Below, piece by piece: positions 1-10,030 of a stretch of 64,000 nucleotides of DNA; the stretch's first letter is position 1; every line of letters starts with the position of its first letter. The notes under the pieces were generated by a model that ran no database searches, was not told where the DNA came from, and saw only the letters and a program-made list of their open reading frames with translations. A program made the position numbers and the translations under genes. The stretch is from the NCBI GenBank assembly GCA_045863395.1, contig BTVJ01000037.1, forward strand, positions 1 to 64,000. The letters run 5' to 3'. The stretch comes from Myxococcales bacterium. Lineage in GTDB: Bacteria > Myxococcota_A > UBA9042 > JABWCM01 > BTVJ01.

Positions 1-1292
1 ACGTAGGTCGCCGTCTTGTCGAAGAAGCCGTCGTCCGGCGGGGTGGCGCCGCCGCTCAGTGCCGGAGACCCGCTGGCGGGGGCGAAGGTGGGAGTCTCGC
101 TGGACGCCCCGGTCAGCTTCGGGTCCACGAGCCGATTCGACGCGCTCGCGGCGGTGAAGTGGGCGACCGCGTCGAAGGTGTCCGACCCCTTGGCGATCAG
201 CTTCGACGCCTCGTTGCCGTTGTCGAAGAAGATGCTGTTCTTGACGAAGAGCTTGCCGTCGGTCGCTGCCTGCTCCGTGGACGGGTCGGCGACGCTCAGG
301 GCGATGTCGGCGTAGTGGGCGAAGATCACGTTCTGGAGCTCGCCCGCCGTTCCCCTCCGGAACAGAGCGCCCGACTGGGTCTTGACGGCTGTGCCGGGGT
401 CCGCGTCGCTGCCGACGAAGGTCGCGTTCCAGATCTGCGGCGCCGACTGGGGCGTCGCGTCGTTGTTGTTCTTGTTGTTGTCCGCCTCGATGCCGTTGTC
501 GCCGAGCGCCCCGCTCTGCTTCGCGACCAGGAACTGCACGCGCCCGTTCCAGCCGAAGTCCCAGTCCAGGCTGTCGTCGTCGGTGGGTCCGAGGACGACG
601 TGCTTCAGGTCCACCGTGCCCCCGAACACCTCCAGGCCGTCGTCCGCGCCCCGGGTGGTCTGCACGTAGTCGACGATCGTCTTCTTGCCGCAGCCGCCCA
701 GGGTCAGGCTGTTCAGCTCGTTGTCGGGGGCCAGCTCGAAGCCCGCGAAGTGGACCTGCACGTAGCGCAGAGTGCCGCAGTCGTGGTGTGCGTCGGTGCC
801 GCCGTAGGTGGTGCGGGCCTCTGTGCCGGGGAAGCCCTCGATCTTGTCCGTCCCGCCCGTCACGTTGATGGGCGCCTTGCCGAGCAGCACCACGCCGCCC
901 CAGTCTCCCGAGGAGCGCGTCCCCTCGTCGGCGGCGCTGGTGAACACGATGGGCTTCTCCCGGGTGCCCTCGGCCCGGATGACGCCCGTCTGGGTGATCA
1001 CCAGCGACGAGCCCGCCTCACCAAGAATGGTGGTCCCCGGCTCGATGGTCAGGGTCGCATCCGCCACGAAGATGTGGGTCTTCAGGATGTAGGTGCTCTT
1101 GCCCTTCCAGGTCGTGTCGGAGGAGATGCCGGCGCTCACCTCGACAGTCTCGCCTTGCTCCTCGGTCGTGTCGGGCGTCTCGGACGTGTCTTCCGAGGAC
1201 CCGCCTCCTCCCTTGGCTGTATTGTCCGTCGTCCCCTCGCAGCCGGACGCCAGGAGCGCCACGGCCGCAAGCCTCCAGAACCAGTTGCTCAT
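1..1292 (-). CDS. Lipoprotein associated with TonB-dependent receptor (beta-helix-like), runs off window start
   Basis: Not in ORF track; manual translation from ATG 1292 (GAGGA upstream): [18 protein letters not shown] lipobox, then [64 protein letters not shown] motifs; frame open to position 1. Confidence 0.85.
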   Translation of the reverse strand, partial: MSNWFWRLAAVALLASGCEGTTDNTAKGGGGSSEDTSETPDTTEEQGETVEVSAGISSDTTWKGKSTYILKTHIFVADATLTIEPGTTILGEAGSSLVITQTGVIRAEGTREKPIVFTSAADEGTRSSGDWGGVVLLGKAPINVTGGTDKIEGFPGTEARTTYGGTDAHHDCGTLRYVQVHFAGFELAPDNELNSLTLGGCGKKTIVDYVQTTRGADDGLEVFGGTVDLKHVVLGPTDDDSLDWDFGWNGRVQFLVAKQSGALGDNGIEADNNKNNNDATPQSAPQIWNATFVGSDADPGTAVKTQSGALFRRGTAGELQNVIFAHYADIALSVADPSTEQAATDGKLFVKNSIFFDNGNEASKLIAKGSDTFDAVAHFTAASASNRLVDPKLTGASSETPTFAPASGSPALSGGATPPDDGFFDKTATY

Positions 1293-1342
1293 GTCGATTC
1301 CTCTTCAGCTTGACGCTGCCGCGCGCCGGACAGTCCGGCGAG

Positions 1343-4105
1343 TCACAGCGCCCACTCCAGCGCCAGCGAGCCGGACATCGCCGGCTCGACTCGCATCACG
1401 TCGAGGCTGCCCTGCTTCAGCACCGTCGGCTGCCAGGCCAGGTTTCCGAGGGACAGCTTCATGCCGAAACCGGCTCCGAGCCTCTGGCTGGCCGTGAGAT
1501 CCAGCCGGTGCACCGGCTCCTCGGTCACGTCGGGGAGCTGGTCGAAGCCCACCTCGACGATTCGTCTCCCGAACACGTTGTAGAGCAGCGAGACGTCGGT
1601 GCCGCTCTCCTCTCGGCTCCAGCCGACCCCCAGGTTGACCACGAACGGAGACTGCCCCTGCAGTGGCCGGCTCTTGCTCGTCTGGAGCGCCCCCTGCTCG
1701 TCACCGAAGATCACCTCCGAGTGGAGCACGGTCAGGTTGCCCGAGACGCGGACGCCCGACAGCGCCTCGTCGATGAACCCGAGGGTCGCGCGGCCCTCGA
1801 TCTCCCCGCCCACGACGATGGCCCCCGGCGCATTCGTGAAGCCGACGTCTCCCTGGCTCGCCGACAGGATCACGCGCTCGATGGGGTCCTCGAACTGTTT
1901 GAAGAAGACGCTGGCCGACACCACCGCGCCGTCGGACGGGAACCACTCCCAGCGCAGGTCCGCGTTGTGGATGCGTGACTGGCGCAGGTCGGGGTTGCCC
2001 GAGACGCTCCGGCGCCGGACGAAGTCAAAGTACAGGAACGGCGCCAGCTCCCGAAACTGGGGCCGCGCCAGGGTGTATCCATAGGCGGCGCGCAGGTTCA
2101 TGGTCTCCGACAGCGCCAGTACCACGTTGAGAGACGGGAGCCAGGACGAGTCCGTGCGGTCGACGCCCGGCTCCTCCGTCTTGTTGACGGCGAAGGGGCT
2201 CCCCGGGGTCAGGCGCTGGCTCGCCACCTCGTAGCGCACGCCTGGGATGATGCGGACCGGGTCGCCCGCCGTGATGTCGAGGGACGTGAAACCCGCGAAC
2301 ACCTCCAGCGCTGCTCCGTATGCGTCCGACTGGAGCGTCCGCTCCTCGGCGCGAAGAGACGGGCCGATGTGCTCCGGGGACAGCATCTCCTCGATGGGCA
2401 GATAGATGGGAGAGACGTCGTCTCCACCCAGGGCGAACCGGAAGCGCCGCGATCCGAAGTCCCTCGCCTGCGCCTGGACGGAGCCTCCCGCGCTGATCGT
2501 GACGCCGTCGAGGGGCAGCGAGAGCTGGAGCCCGCCTCCGCCGGCGAGGTCCTCGAGCTCCGAGAAGAACCGCTCTCCGCTGCCGGGTCCGTTCTTGAAC
2601 CGCCGGCGCCCGTCGGCCAGGACGTGGTGCATCGAATCGCGCGTGTCTGGCTCGTCGCGCTGCGTGACGGAGACATTCCCCTGCCAGCGCAGCGATAGAT
2701 CCAGGGCGCCCGGGAACCGGTGCTCCCCTCGGAGCTGCGAGAAGGAGAGCATCCGCGTCAGGAACTGGAGCCGGGTGGACTCGAAGTCCTCGGCATCGGT
2801 CTCGTTGAAGCCGTGGGCCACCTGGACCCGCTTCTCGCCTTGGTGGGTGAACAGGGAGAACAACCCAAGCTCGTGCTCCTGGCCGACCCGGTAGCCCAGG
2901 TTGACCAGCGCGCCGAGGGTGGCGGACTCCACGCCGCCCAGGTTGCGCGCCTGCTCCCGATACCCCACCTCGCCGTCATCGACACGCACCTTGCCGACGC
3001 TGGCGTCCACGACCTTGTCCGTGTGGCTGAAGGTGAAGTTTGCGAGTCCGCCGAGCTGGTCTCCACCGATGGGGAGGGTCCCGCCCACCGTCCCTGAGAT
3101 CCCGAGGTTGGGGAGCGCCATGCCCTCCACGCTGGTCCACTCGTTGCGAAACGCCTCCCCCGCGCGCTCCTGCGTGGCCGCGTCCTGCCCGCCCTTGCCG
3201 CCGCGCAGCGGAGCGTCCCCGGGGATCTCCGCGGGGAGGGTCCGGGAGCCGTCGTCGAAGCCATAGGCATCCGCGCTCCCACCGTCGTAGGTCCGCTGCT
3301 CCTGGAAAGTGGAGCTGGTATCGAACCCAAGGGAGACGCGCGCCTTCGCTTCGAGCTGCTCCGGGTAGGAGTTGGTCTCGATGAGCAGCGCCCCGCCGGC
3401 GAAGTTCCCCGGCAGCTCGGCAGAGTGGCTCTTTGCCACGGTCAGGTTGGCCAGCAGCGAGGTCGGGAAGAGATCCAGCGGGACGGCCTGCTCGTCCGGC
3501 TCCGGGCTCGGCAGGTTCACCTGGTTGAGGAGGGTGGCGCCGTAGCGTCCGCCGAGACCCCGGATCAGCACGTACTTGCCGTCGACTACAGTGGTCGAGA
3601 CCACCCGCTTCACCGCGTCCGAGGCGCTCGAGTCTGCCGAACGGGCGATCTCCTGGGAGCCGATGGAGTCGGAGACGGCAGCCGCCTTCTTGCGGGCTTG
3701 GAGCAGCGCGGCCTCCTTGCGCCGGTCTGCTCGTGCCTCGACCACGACCACCTCGTAGGACTCCTCGTCGGCCTCCAGAGTGATGTCCAATGTGCGGAGG
3801 GCTCCCCCGCGGATGACTACACCGGTAACGCGGCGCCCCACGTAGAGCGGGCAGGTCACCCGCAGCTCAAAGGTGCCCGGGGGGAGCGGCAGGGTATAGC
3901 CCCCGTCCGCGCCCGTCTCTGCACGGCCAGCCCCCCTTCCCTTGGTCACCAGGATGGTCACGCCTGGAAGGGGCTCTCCCGTGCCGGCGTCCGTCACGAC
4001 GCCGCGGATCCCACTGTCGCTCGGTGGGGCAGAGTGTGCGCCTGCGACGAGCGCCAGCGTGAGGATCACCCCCGCCATGAGGCGCATGGACCAGCTCGAG
4101 GACAT
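1343..4105 (-). CDS. TonB-dependent outer membrane receptor with N-terminal carboxypeptidase-regulatory-like domain
   Basis: Signal peptide, IRGVVTDAGTGEPLPGVTI N-domain, plug IRGLGGRY, barrel motifs GNPDL, NLRAAYGYTLARPQFRELAPF, aromatic C-terminus LEWAL; start 4105 or 4087. Confidence 0.92.
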   Translation of the reverse strand: MSSSWSMRLMAGVILTLALVAGAHSAPPSDSGIRGVVTDAGTGEPLPGVTILVTKGRGAGRAETGADGGYTLPLPPGTFELRVTCPLYVGRRVTGVVIRGGALRTLDITLEADEESYEVVVVEARADRRKEAALLQARKKAAAVSDSIGSQEIARSADSSASDAVKRVVSTTVVDGKYVLIRGLGGRYGATLLNQVNLPSPEPDEQAVPLDLFPTSLLANLTVAKSHSAELPGNFAGGALLIETNSYPEQLEAKARVSLGFDTSSTFQEQRTYDGGSADAYGFDDGSRTLPAEIPGDAPLRGGKGGQDAATQERAGEAFRNEWTSVEGMALPNLGISGTVGGTLPIGGDQLGGLANFTFSHTDKVVDASVGKVRVDDGEVGYREQARNLGGVESATLGALVNLGYRVGQEHELGLFSLFTHQGEKRVQVAHGFNETDAEDFESTRLQFLTRMLSFSQLRGEHRFPGALDLSLRWQGNVSVTQRDEPDTRDSMHHVLADGRRRFKNGPGSGERFFSELEDLAGGGGLQLSLPLDGVTISAGGSVQAQARDFGSRRFRFALGGDDVSPIYLPIEEMLSPEHIGPSLRAEERTLQSDAYGAALEVFAGFTSLDITAGDPVRIIPGVRYEVASQRLTPGSPFAVNKTEEPGVDRTDSSWLPSLNVVLALSETMNLRAAYGYTLARPQFRELAPFLYFDFVRRRSVSGNPDLRQSRIHNADLRWEWFPSDGAVVSASVFFKQFEDPIERVILSASQGDVGFTNAPGAIVVGGEIEGRATLGFIDEALSGVRVSGNLTVLHSEVIFGDEQGALQTSKSRPLQGQSPFVVNLGVGWSREESGTDVSLLYNVFGRRIVEVGFDQLPDVTEEPVHRLDLTASQRLGAGFGMKLSLGNLAWQPTVLKQGSLDVMRVEPAMSGSLALEWAL

Positions 4106-4164
4106 ACTCCTCCCGTCTCTCCGGCGTCCAGAGACTGCTCTTGGGACGCACTGAGGCCGCACTC

Positions 4165-4590
4165 TCAGAGGCCCATGGGCTCCGTCAGCACCGACAGCGG
4201 CGCGGCGCCGCCTGCCCGGGCCAGGTCAAGCAGGTCCATGGCGCGCCCGAAGGGCACCTCGTCGTCTGCCGCGAAGAAGACGACGTTGTCCTCCCGCGCA
4301 GCGAGCACCCGCTCCAGGCGGTCCCGGACAGACTCCAGGTCTACCGTGTCGCTGTTGAGCCGGACGACTCCTTCCTTGGAGAGGGACAGCACCAGCGGCG
4401 GGTCCACCTCGCCGGCGCTCGGCGGCTGCTCTGCCTTCTCCTTCACCGGCACCTGCGTCCAGAAGTGCCTGGTCAGAAGTGGCGTGACCACCATGAAGAT
4501 GATCAGGAGCACCAGCACCACGTCCACGAGGGGCGTGACGTTGATGGAGGGGCGCACACGCCCTTGCTTGGCGCCGACTTCGAATGCCAC
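4165..4590 (-). CDS. exbD: ExbD/TolR biopolymer transport protein
   Basis: INVTPLVDVVLVLLIIFMV TM motif with conserved Asp. Confidence 0.93.
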   Translation of the reverse strand: MAFEVGAKQGRVRPSINVTPLVDVVLVLLIIFMVVTPLLTRHFWTQVPVKEKAEQPPSAGEVDPPLVLSLSKEGVVRLNSDTVDLESVRDRLERVLAAREDNVVFFAADDEVPFGRAMDLLDLARAGGAAPLSVLTEPMGL

Positions 4591-4602
4591 GGCGATTCTC
4601 CC

Positions 4603-5022
4603 CTACGTGGATGCCTTTCGCTCGGTCACCTGGAGAGAGACTCCCGGAAACCCGATGTCCCGGCACAGCTTGAACAGCGCCCGCACCTGCCCGAATGGGA
4701 CAGCGCGGTCCGCCTTGAGCACCACCTTGCGGGACGGCTCCCGCGCGCGGACTGCCCGCAGGTGCTCCGCCACGGCGTCCAGGTCCACCCGCGCCTTCTC
4801 GAGGAACAGCGTCCCGGTGGACAGGAGCGTGAGCGTCACCGGGCTGAAGCTCCCCTTGGGCGTCGCGTCCGGATTCACCACCTTCGGGAGCTCCACGTTG
4901 AACCCCTGCACCATCTGCGGCGTGATCACCATGAAGATGATCAGGAGCACGAGCACCACGTCCACGAGCGGCGTGACGTTGATCTCCGGGCGGATGGCTG
5001 CGCGCTCACGCGATGGCGACAT
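4603..5022 (-). CDS. exbD: ExbD/TolR biopolymer transport protein
   Basis: EINVTPLVDVVLVLLIIFMV, VVLKADRAVPFG. Confidence 0.93.
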   Translation of the reverse strand: MSPSRERAAIRPEINVTPLVDVVLVLLIIFMVITPQMVQGFNVELPKVVNPDATPKGSFSPVTLTLLSTGTLFLEKARVDLDAVAEHLRAVRAREPSRKVVLKADRAVPFGQVRALFKLCRDIGFPGVSLQVTERKAST

Positions 5023-5761
5023 CGGCCCTCTCCGGCCTGAGCGTGGCGTGCGTCTCCGTGGCCAGCGTCCCGTGGACGCGGGCCTTGGGTGTCTCGACTC
5101 GCTCCGCCTGGCTCTCCACGAAGTCGACGAACTCGCCCGCGCTCTGATGCAGGGCGGTCGTCAGAGAGTCCGCCTTCCCGCTCAGGAGATTGAACGCCAG
5201 CACCGCGGGGATTGCGACGAAGAGCCCGAGGGCCGTCACCACCAGGGCCTCGGAGATGCCCGCGGAGACCGCCCCGATGCCGGCGGACTCTTCCTTTGCG
5301 ATGCCCTGGAAGGCCTCGATGATCCCGATGACCGTCCCGAGGAGTCCGACGAACGGGGCCACGGACCCCACCGAGGCCAACGCCGAGAGACCGCGCCGAA
5401 TGGATGCCGCGGCGGGCTCCAGGCGCCGCTCCACCTCCCGGCGCACAAGCTCCGCGGGCGGTACGCGAGACTTGGAAGGCGCAGACAGCCATGTGGACAG
5501 CCCGGCGCTCACCACCTCGGCGAAGGGTACGGCGCGGAAGGTGGTGGTCGCCTCCTTCACCACATCGCCGTAGGCCCCGCTCTGAAGCAGGGGCCCCGCG
5601 ACGTGGGCGAAGCGCGTCGACCGGAGCCGCATGGCTCGGAAGGCCCACAGGCGCTCGATGAAGACCGTCATGGACATGATCGCCATCACGCCGAGGGCAC
5701 CGACGACGACCCACGCCACGAGTCCCATGTCGTGGAACACCTTGATCAGATCGAAGCTCAT
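5006..5761 (-). CDS. exbB: MotA/TolQ/ExbB proton channel protein
   Basis: APFVGLLGTVIGII and GISEALVVTALGLFVAIPA signature motifs. Confidence 0.93.
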   Translation of the reverse strand: MSFDLIKVFHDMGLVAWVVVGALGVMAIMSMTVFIERLWAFRAMRLRSTRFAHVAGPLLQSGAYGDVVKEATTTFRAVPFAEVVSAGLSTWLSAPSKSRVPPAELVRREVERRLEPAAASIRRGLSALASVGSVAPFVGLLGTVIGIIEAFQGIAKEESAGIGAVSAGISEALVVTALGLFVAIPAVLAFNLLSGKADSLTTALHQSAGEFVDFVESQAERVETPKARVHGTLATETHATLRPERADVAIA

Positions 5762-5776
5762 CTCTCCTCCTCGCGG

Positions 5777-6601
5777 TCACGCCCTCAGGCGAAACGGGAT
5801 CTTCACGACCCGCCACGCGGGCGCGGGCTGCCCCCCCACCGTCGCGGGGTCGAACGTCCAGGTGCTCACCGCGGCTACCGTAGCCGCGACGAACGGCTCC
5901 TCGCCGCTCACCACCGTCAGCTCGCTCACGGTGCCCTCTGCCGTCACCACGAAGCGGACCACCACGACCCCCTCGAGGCCCGCCACCCGCGCCTCAGCGG
6001 GGTATTGGGGCAGGGTGTTGGCGCGCCGGGGGCGCGCGGGGGTCGCGTCGTCGGGTAGGAACACGGGCTCCCTCGGTGCCCGCGATGAAACCTCGACCTT
6101 CGGGGTATCGCTCGGGGGCGCTGCGTCATCGGTCGGTGCCTCGACGACGCCCTCGGCCGCCTCGGCCGCCTCACCCTCGCCCGTGCCACCGACCTCGCCG
6201 TCCACGCTCCCCTCGGTCGTCGCTTTGGCGCGCGGGGCGCTGGGGTCGCCCTCCTTGAGCCGCCCCTTCGGCAGCTCCTTGGGGGGAGCGGCGATGCGCC
6301 GGGCTGCGGGCCGCGGCGGTGGTGGCTCGACGGCGGCGGCCTCGGGGGCCGGCGGTGGCGGCTCGGGCACCTTCGGAGCCTCGGGTGGGGGCTCCGGCGC
6401 CTCGGGCGCGCTCACCGGCTCCGGCGGCAGCGGCAGGAACGCCACCTGGATCTCATCCTCCGGGACCACGTGCTCTGCCTGGGACGCCAGCCAGCTCGCC
6501 CCGATGGCCACGAGCGCCAGGGCGGCCGCGGAGAGCGTCCCCGCCACGGTCCACCGCCCCCTCCCGGACGGTGCCTCCTGCTTCTCGAATGCCTCGAACA
6601 T
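5777..6601 (-). CDS. tonB: Energy transducer TonB
   Basis: GGGAGG RBS then MFEAFEK; N-terminal TM, Pro/Glu-rich linker, C-terminal PQYPAEARVAGLEGVVVVRFVV...WTFDPA. Confidence 0.9.
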   Translation of the reverse strand: MFEAFEKQEAPSGRGRWTVAGTLSAAALALVAIGASWLASQAEHVVPEDEIQVAFLPLPPEPVSAPEAPEPPPEAPKVPEPPPPAPEAAAVEPPPPRPAARRIAAPPKELPKGRLKEGDPSAPRAKATTEGSVDGEVGGTGEGEAAEAAEGVVEAPTDDAAPPSDTPKVEVSSRAPREPVFLPDDATPARPRRANTLPQYPAEARVAGLEGVVVVRFVVTAEGTVSELTVVSGEEPFVAATVAAVSTWTFDPATVGGQPAPAWRVVKIPFRLRA

Positions 6602-6682
6602 GGTCCTCCCGTGACGTGGCGAACTGTAGGTGGTCCCCATGGCGGCACGGTGAGCGCCGTGCAACTTCTCGCGGTGGCTGGC

Positions 6683-6722
6683 GTGACGGGGCTGTTGCGG
6701 GGCGGTCGCGGGAGGCTGACGG
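6683..6722 (-). promoter_or_regulatory. Four direct repeats with exact 11-bp phasing (Pho-box/OmpR-PhoB-like operator)
   Basis: Minus-strand heptamers CCGTCAG, CCGCGAC, CCGCAAC, CCGTCAC (plus-strand starts 6716, 6705, 6694, 6683) about 80-120 bp upstream of tonB. Confidence 0.5.
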
Positions 6723-6832
6723 GGCGGGGCGCGCCGCCCCCGCGCTCAGCGAGCCCAGGAATCCTGTATCCACAGGGAGTGGTTCTCGTATATCATCGCC
6801 GCGATCCCCCAAAAGAACCCTGGAGGCACCAC

Positions 6833-8731
6833 ATGACGGATCCCCACCACGGGGGGCACGAGCACCCCGACGAGATCATCGACGAGCGCAAGGCGTTTAC
6901 CCGGCGGCAGTTCGTGGCAGGAGCGGGCGCGGCGGTCGCTGCCCTCGCGCTGCCCAAGGCGGCGCGCGCCGCGACGAGCGGCACCCCCATCTACCGCATC
7001 CACCCGGCCGTCGGCGTGGCTCGGGTGGGGAACGCCGACTCCGGCTCCTACTTCATCGGCCCGGAGGTGCCTGGCTACCTCTCGCTGGGTGAGGCGCCCG
7101 GGACCGCGGTCCCCCCGTACAAGACCCCCGACGGGAAGATCAAGCCGCAGGCGGCCCGGTTCCGCATCTTCGAGTACGCGGACGTCGACGGGCGGCTCCT
7201 GCCCATCCGCGAGGTGACCCTCGCCACCCCCGGGGTCCTGGACATCCGCTGGGACGTGCACCTTGCCAACAAGAAGGCGTCCTTCCACGGCTTCGACGGG
7301 GGCAAGGGGGAGGACCGTCCCCCGGCGCCGCTCCGCAACGCCAGCGTCGCGGACCGCAAGTCCCTGGAGATCGACTTCGGCGCGCGGGCCGTGGCCGGCG
7401 CCTCGCAGGGCCCCGTCCCCTTCGCCGTGGGCACGAGCGGCAACCCGGCGTCTGAGAGCGTGCCGCGTGACTACCTGGGGCAGCCCATCATCCCGTACCT
7501 CGGTGAGCTGCGCACGGACAGCGCCGGGCGCCTCATCGTCCTCGGGGGCAAGGGCAAGGCGGGCTACGGGACGCCGACGCCGCCGGCCATGCCCCACTGG
7601 GCCAACAACGACGGCTGGTTCGACGACGCCTCGGACGGCCCCGTGACGGCGGTCGTCACCATCGACGACGGTGGGACCCCACGCGAGGTAGCCATGGACC
7701 CCGCAGGTCACGCCTGGGTGCTGTGCGGGCCGCCTGACTTCGCTCCGGGCGTCCCCGGCTCCGTGACGGCCTACGATCTGCTGCTGGACCTGGCCGTCCG
7801 GTCCATCCCGGTGCCCGCGGACAACGGGCTCTACGACGACGGCGGGCCGCTCGCCACCCTGCGCCAGCTCCAGGACGACTTCGTGCCTGGCGCCAGCCCC
7901 GAGCTGCCGACCTTCGTGCCCAGCTTCACGGAGCACATCGAGCCTATTCTCATCGCGGCCTACAACCTCTGGTGGGTCAACGGCCTGGTCACGGCGAAGC
8001 ACAACTCCCTGATCAGCGCGAGCCTGGGGGACCCGGCCGCGAAGTACGCCGCTGCTCGCAAGAAGGTCTTCAGCTACATGCGCGCGCCCCTGGGCGTGTC
8101 GGCCTCTACCGGGCCTCGCACCATGCCCAAGATCCTCGGCGATGACCCGTACATCGGGCAGATGCCGGACTCCGTCAAGAAGCTGCCCCTCACGCACACG
8201 CAGTTTGCCCTGCTCCAGCGGTGGTCGGACGGCGCCTTCACAGCCCCCGACGGCAGCACGCCGCCACTTGAGATCTCCCCCCACGGCCTCGACCGGGCGG
8301 CCCTGGAGAACTGCGTGGGTGGCGCCTTCTTCCCGGGCATCGAGTTCGGGTGGCAGATGCGCAACCCCAACCTCTTCATCGAGCCCTTCCGCCTGCACCC
8401 GCAGGCGACCAGCGGCTACCCCGGTGAGGAGGGCGTGCCCATCGGCCCGGGCCACTTCTCGCGCCAGATGGCCGTGCCCTGGCAGGCGGACTTCAACGAC
8501 TGCCGCAACGAGGGCAACTACGCCTGGTGGCCGTCCCAGCGGCCGACCCACGCGCTCCCGACCGCGTCCGCCAGCAAGCGCCTGGACTGGGCACGGCCGA
8601 CCAAGCGCTACAGCGCCGGCAACCTGGAGAGCACCCACGAGGACATGGTCGCCCACTGGTTCAAGTATGGCTTCGTCCTCGAGGAGGGCGACGTGTTCGT
8701 CGAGAAGGAGCGGGCCGCGTCCATCCCATGA
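6833..8731 (+). CDS. LodA/GoxA-family CTQ-dependent amino-acid oxidase with Tat signal
   Basis: GGAGG RBS; TRRQFV Tat motif; YRIHPAVGVARVGN, IKPQAARFRIF, VHLANKKA, LGELRTD, NNDGWFDDASDGPV, LENCVGGAFFPGIE (CTQ Cys), MAVPWQADF (CTQ Trp), WWPSQRP. Confidence 0.92.
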   Translation: MTDPHHGGHEHPDEIIDERKAFTRRQFVAGAGAAVAALALPKAARAATSGTPIYRIHPAVGVARVGNADSGSYFIGPEVPGYLSLGEAPGTAVPPYKTPDGKIKPQAARFRIFEYADVDGRLLPIREVTLATPGVLDIRWDVHLANKKASFHGFDGGKGEDRPPAPLRNASVADRKSLEIDFGARAVAGASQGPVPFAVGTSGNPASESVPRDYLGQPIIPYLGELRTDSAGRLIVLGGKGKAGYGTPTPPAMPHWANNDGWFDDASDGPVTAVVTIDDGGTPREVAMDPAGHAWVLCGPPDFAPGVPGSVTAYDLLLDLAVRSIPVPADNGLYDDGGPLATLRQLQDDFVPGASPELPTFVPSFTEHIEPILIAAYNLWWVNGLVTAKHNSLISASLGDPAAKYAAARKKVFSYMRAPLGVSASTGPRTMPKILGDDPYIGQMPDSVKKLPLTHTQFALLQRWSDGAFTAPDGSTPPLEISPHGLDRAALENCVGGAFFPGIEFGWQMRNPNLFIEPFRLHPQATSGYPGEEGVPIGPGHFSRQMAVPWQADFNDCRNEGNYAWWPSQRPTHALPTASASKRLDWARPTKRYSAGNLESTHEDMVAHWFKYGFVLEEGDVFVEKERAASIP

Positions 8732-10023
8732 CCCGCTTCGACGTCGTCGTCGTGGGGGGCGGTCCCGCCGGCCTCGCCGCCGGGGCCGTCCTCGCCCGAG
8801 GGGGGCGCACCGTCGCGGTGCTGGAGCGGGGGAGCTGTGACCAGCTCCGCGTCGGCGAGACCCTCGGGCCGGAGGTGGGCCCCCTCCTCCGCGCCCTCGG
8901 GGCCTGGGACGACCTCTGCGCCGTCCTCTCCCATCAGGTGCCCTTCACCGAGGTGAGCTCCGCCTGGGGTTCCCCGGCACTGTCGGAGCGTCCGTCCGTC
9001 CAGCACCCCCTCGGCGAGGGGTGGCACGTGGACCGGTCGCTCTTCGACCGTGCCCTCGCCGCGTGGGCAGCCCGAACCGGCGTCGACGTGCGCTTCGACG
9101 CAGGCTCCTGCACCGTCGCACGCGAAGGCGGCGGCTTCCTGGTGCGTCCGCGGCGGGGGGAGGCGGTGTGGGGGCAGCAGCTCGTGGACGCGAGCGGCCG
9201 GGGCGCGCCCGGCTCTAGCGCCTTGGGCCGCTGGCTCGCCCACGACCGGCAGGTGGGGCTCCTCGGACGCTTCGAGGGCCCCCCCGGCTCGGGGCTCCTC
9301 CTCGAGGCCGTGGCGGAGGGGTTCTGGTACGTGGGGCCCCAGCCAGACGGCACGCTCATCGCAGCCTTGGTCACCGACGCGGACCTCGTGCCGCGGGACC
9401 GCCAGCACTTCCTGGCCTCCCTCGCCAGGACCCGCCACACGGCCCGGTGGCTCGACGGGCGCTCGCTCCTCGGGGAGGTCCACGCCTTCCGCTCGGACAG
9501 CGGGCGCCTCCTCCCGGACCGGGGCGACGGCTGGTGCGCGGTGGGGGACGCGGCCATGGCGACCGACCCCCTCGGCGGCAACGGCGTCGCGCGGGCGTTT
9601 CAGAGCGCCCTGGGGGTTGCCCTGGCGCTGAGCGAGCCGTGGGACGGGCGGGCCGCGTCTCGCCGGTTCAGCGACTACATGGATCTGCGCGCCACCTATT
9701 ACATCATGGAAGGTCGCTGGCCCGACGCTCCGTTCTGGGCGCGCCGCCGCCCGGCCCATCCAGACGGGAGCCCCTTGGAGTGGCGACAGGTGGACCTGGC
9801 GTTGCCGCCGGAGACCCTGCTTGCGTGGGTCGGGGATCCAGGGCCTGCCGCAGAGGCCTGGCTGCCCCCCGCGGCCCTCGATGCGCTCCGCAAGGCGCTG
9901 GCCGGTCCCCTCCCGGCGCACGTCGCCCTCACCCGCGTGAGGGAGGCGGCGCCCATCGGAGATCAGCGCCTCCTCGCGGGCTTGCAGTGGCTGCTCGCGG
10001 CGGGAGTGCTCGCCCCCCGGTGA
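8728..10023 (+). CDS. LodB/GoxB-like FAD-dependent oxidoreductase (CTQ maturation)
   Basis: ATGA overlap with lodA-like gene; DVVVVGGGPAG, VGETL, GWHVDR, VDASGR, AVGDAAMATDPLGGNG, RWPDAPFWARR. Confidence 0.88.
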   Translation: MTRFDVVVVGGGPAGLAAGAVLARGGRTVAVLERGSCDQLRVGETLGPEVGPLLRALGAWDDLCAVLSHQVPFTEVSSAWGSPALSERPSVQHPLGEGWHVDRSLFDRALAAWAARTGVDVRFDAGSCTVAREGGGFLVRPRRGEAVWGQQLVDASGRGAPGSSALGRWLAHDRQVGLLGRFEGPPGSGLLLEAVAEGFWYVGPQPDGTLIAALVTDADLVPRDRQHFLASLARTRHTARWLDGRSLLGEVHAFRSDSGRLLPDRGDGWCAVGDAAMATDPLGGNGVARAFQSALGVALALSEPWDGRAASRRFSDYMDLRATYYIMEGRWPDAPFWARRRPAHPDGSPLEWRQVDLALPPETLLAWVGDPGPAAEAWLPPAALDALRKALAGPLPAHVALTRVREAAPIGDQRLLAGLQWLLAAGVLAPR

Positions 10024-10030
10024 CCCCCGA

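Noticed and set aside
159..6058. Long plus-strand ORFs (159..1313, 3425..6058)
   Set aside because: Antisense to well-supported minus-strand TonB operon genes
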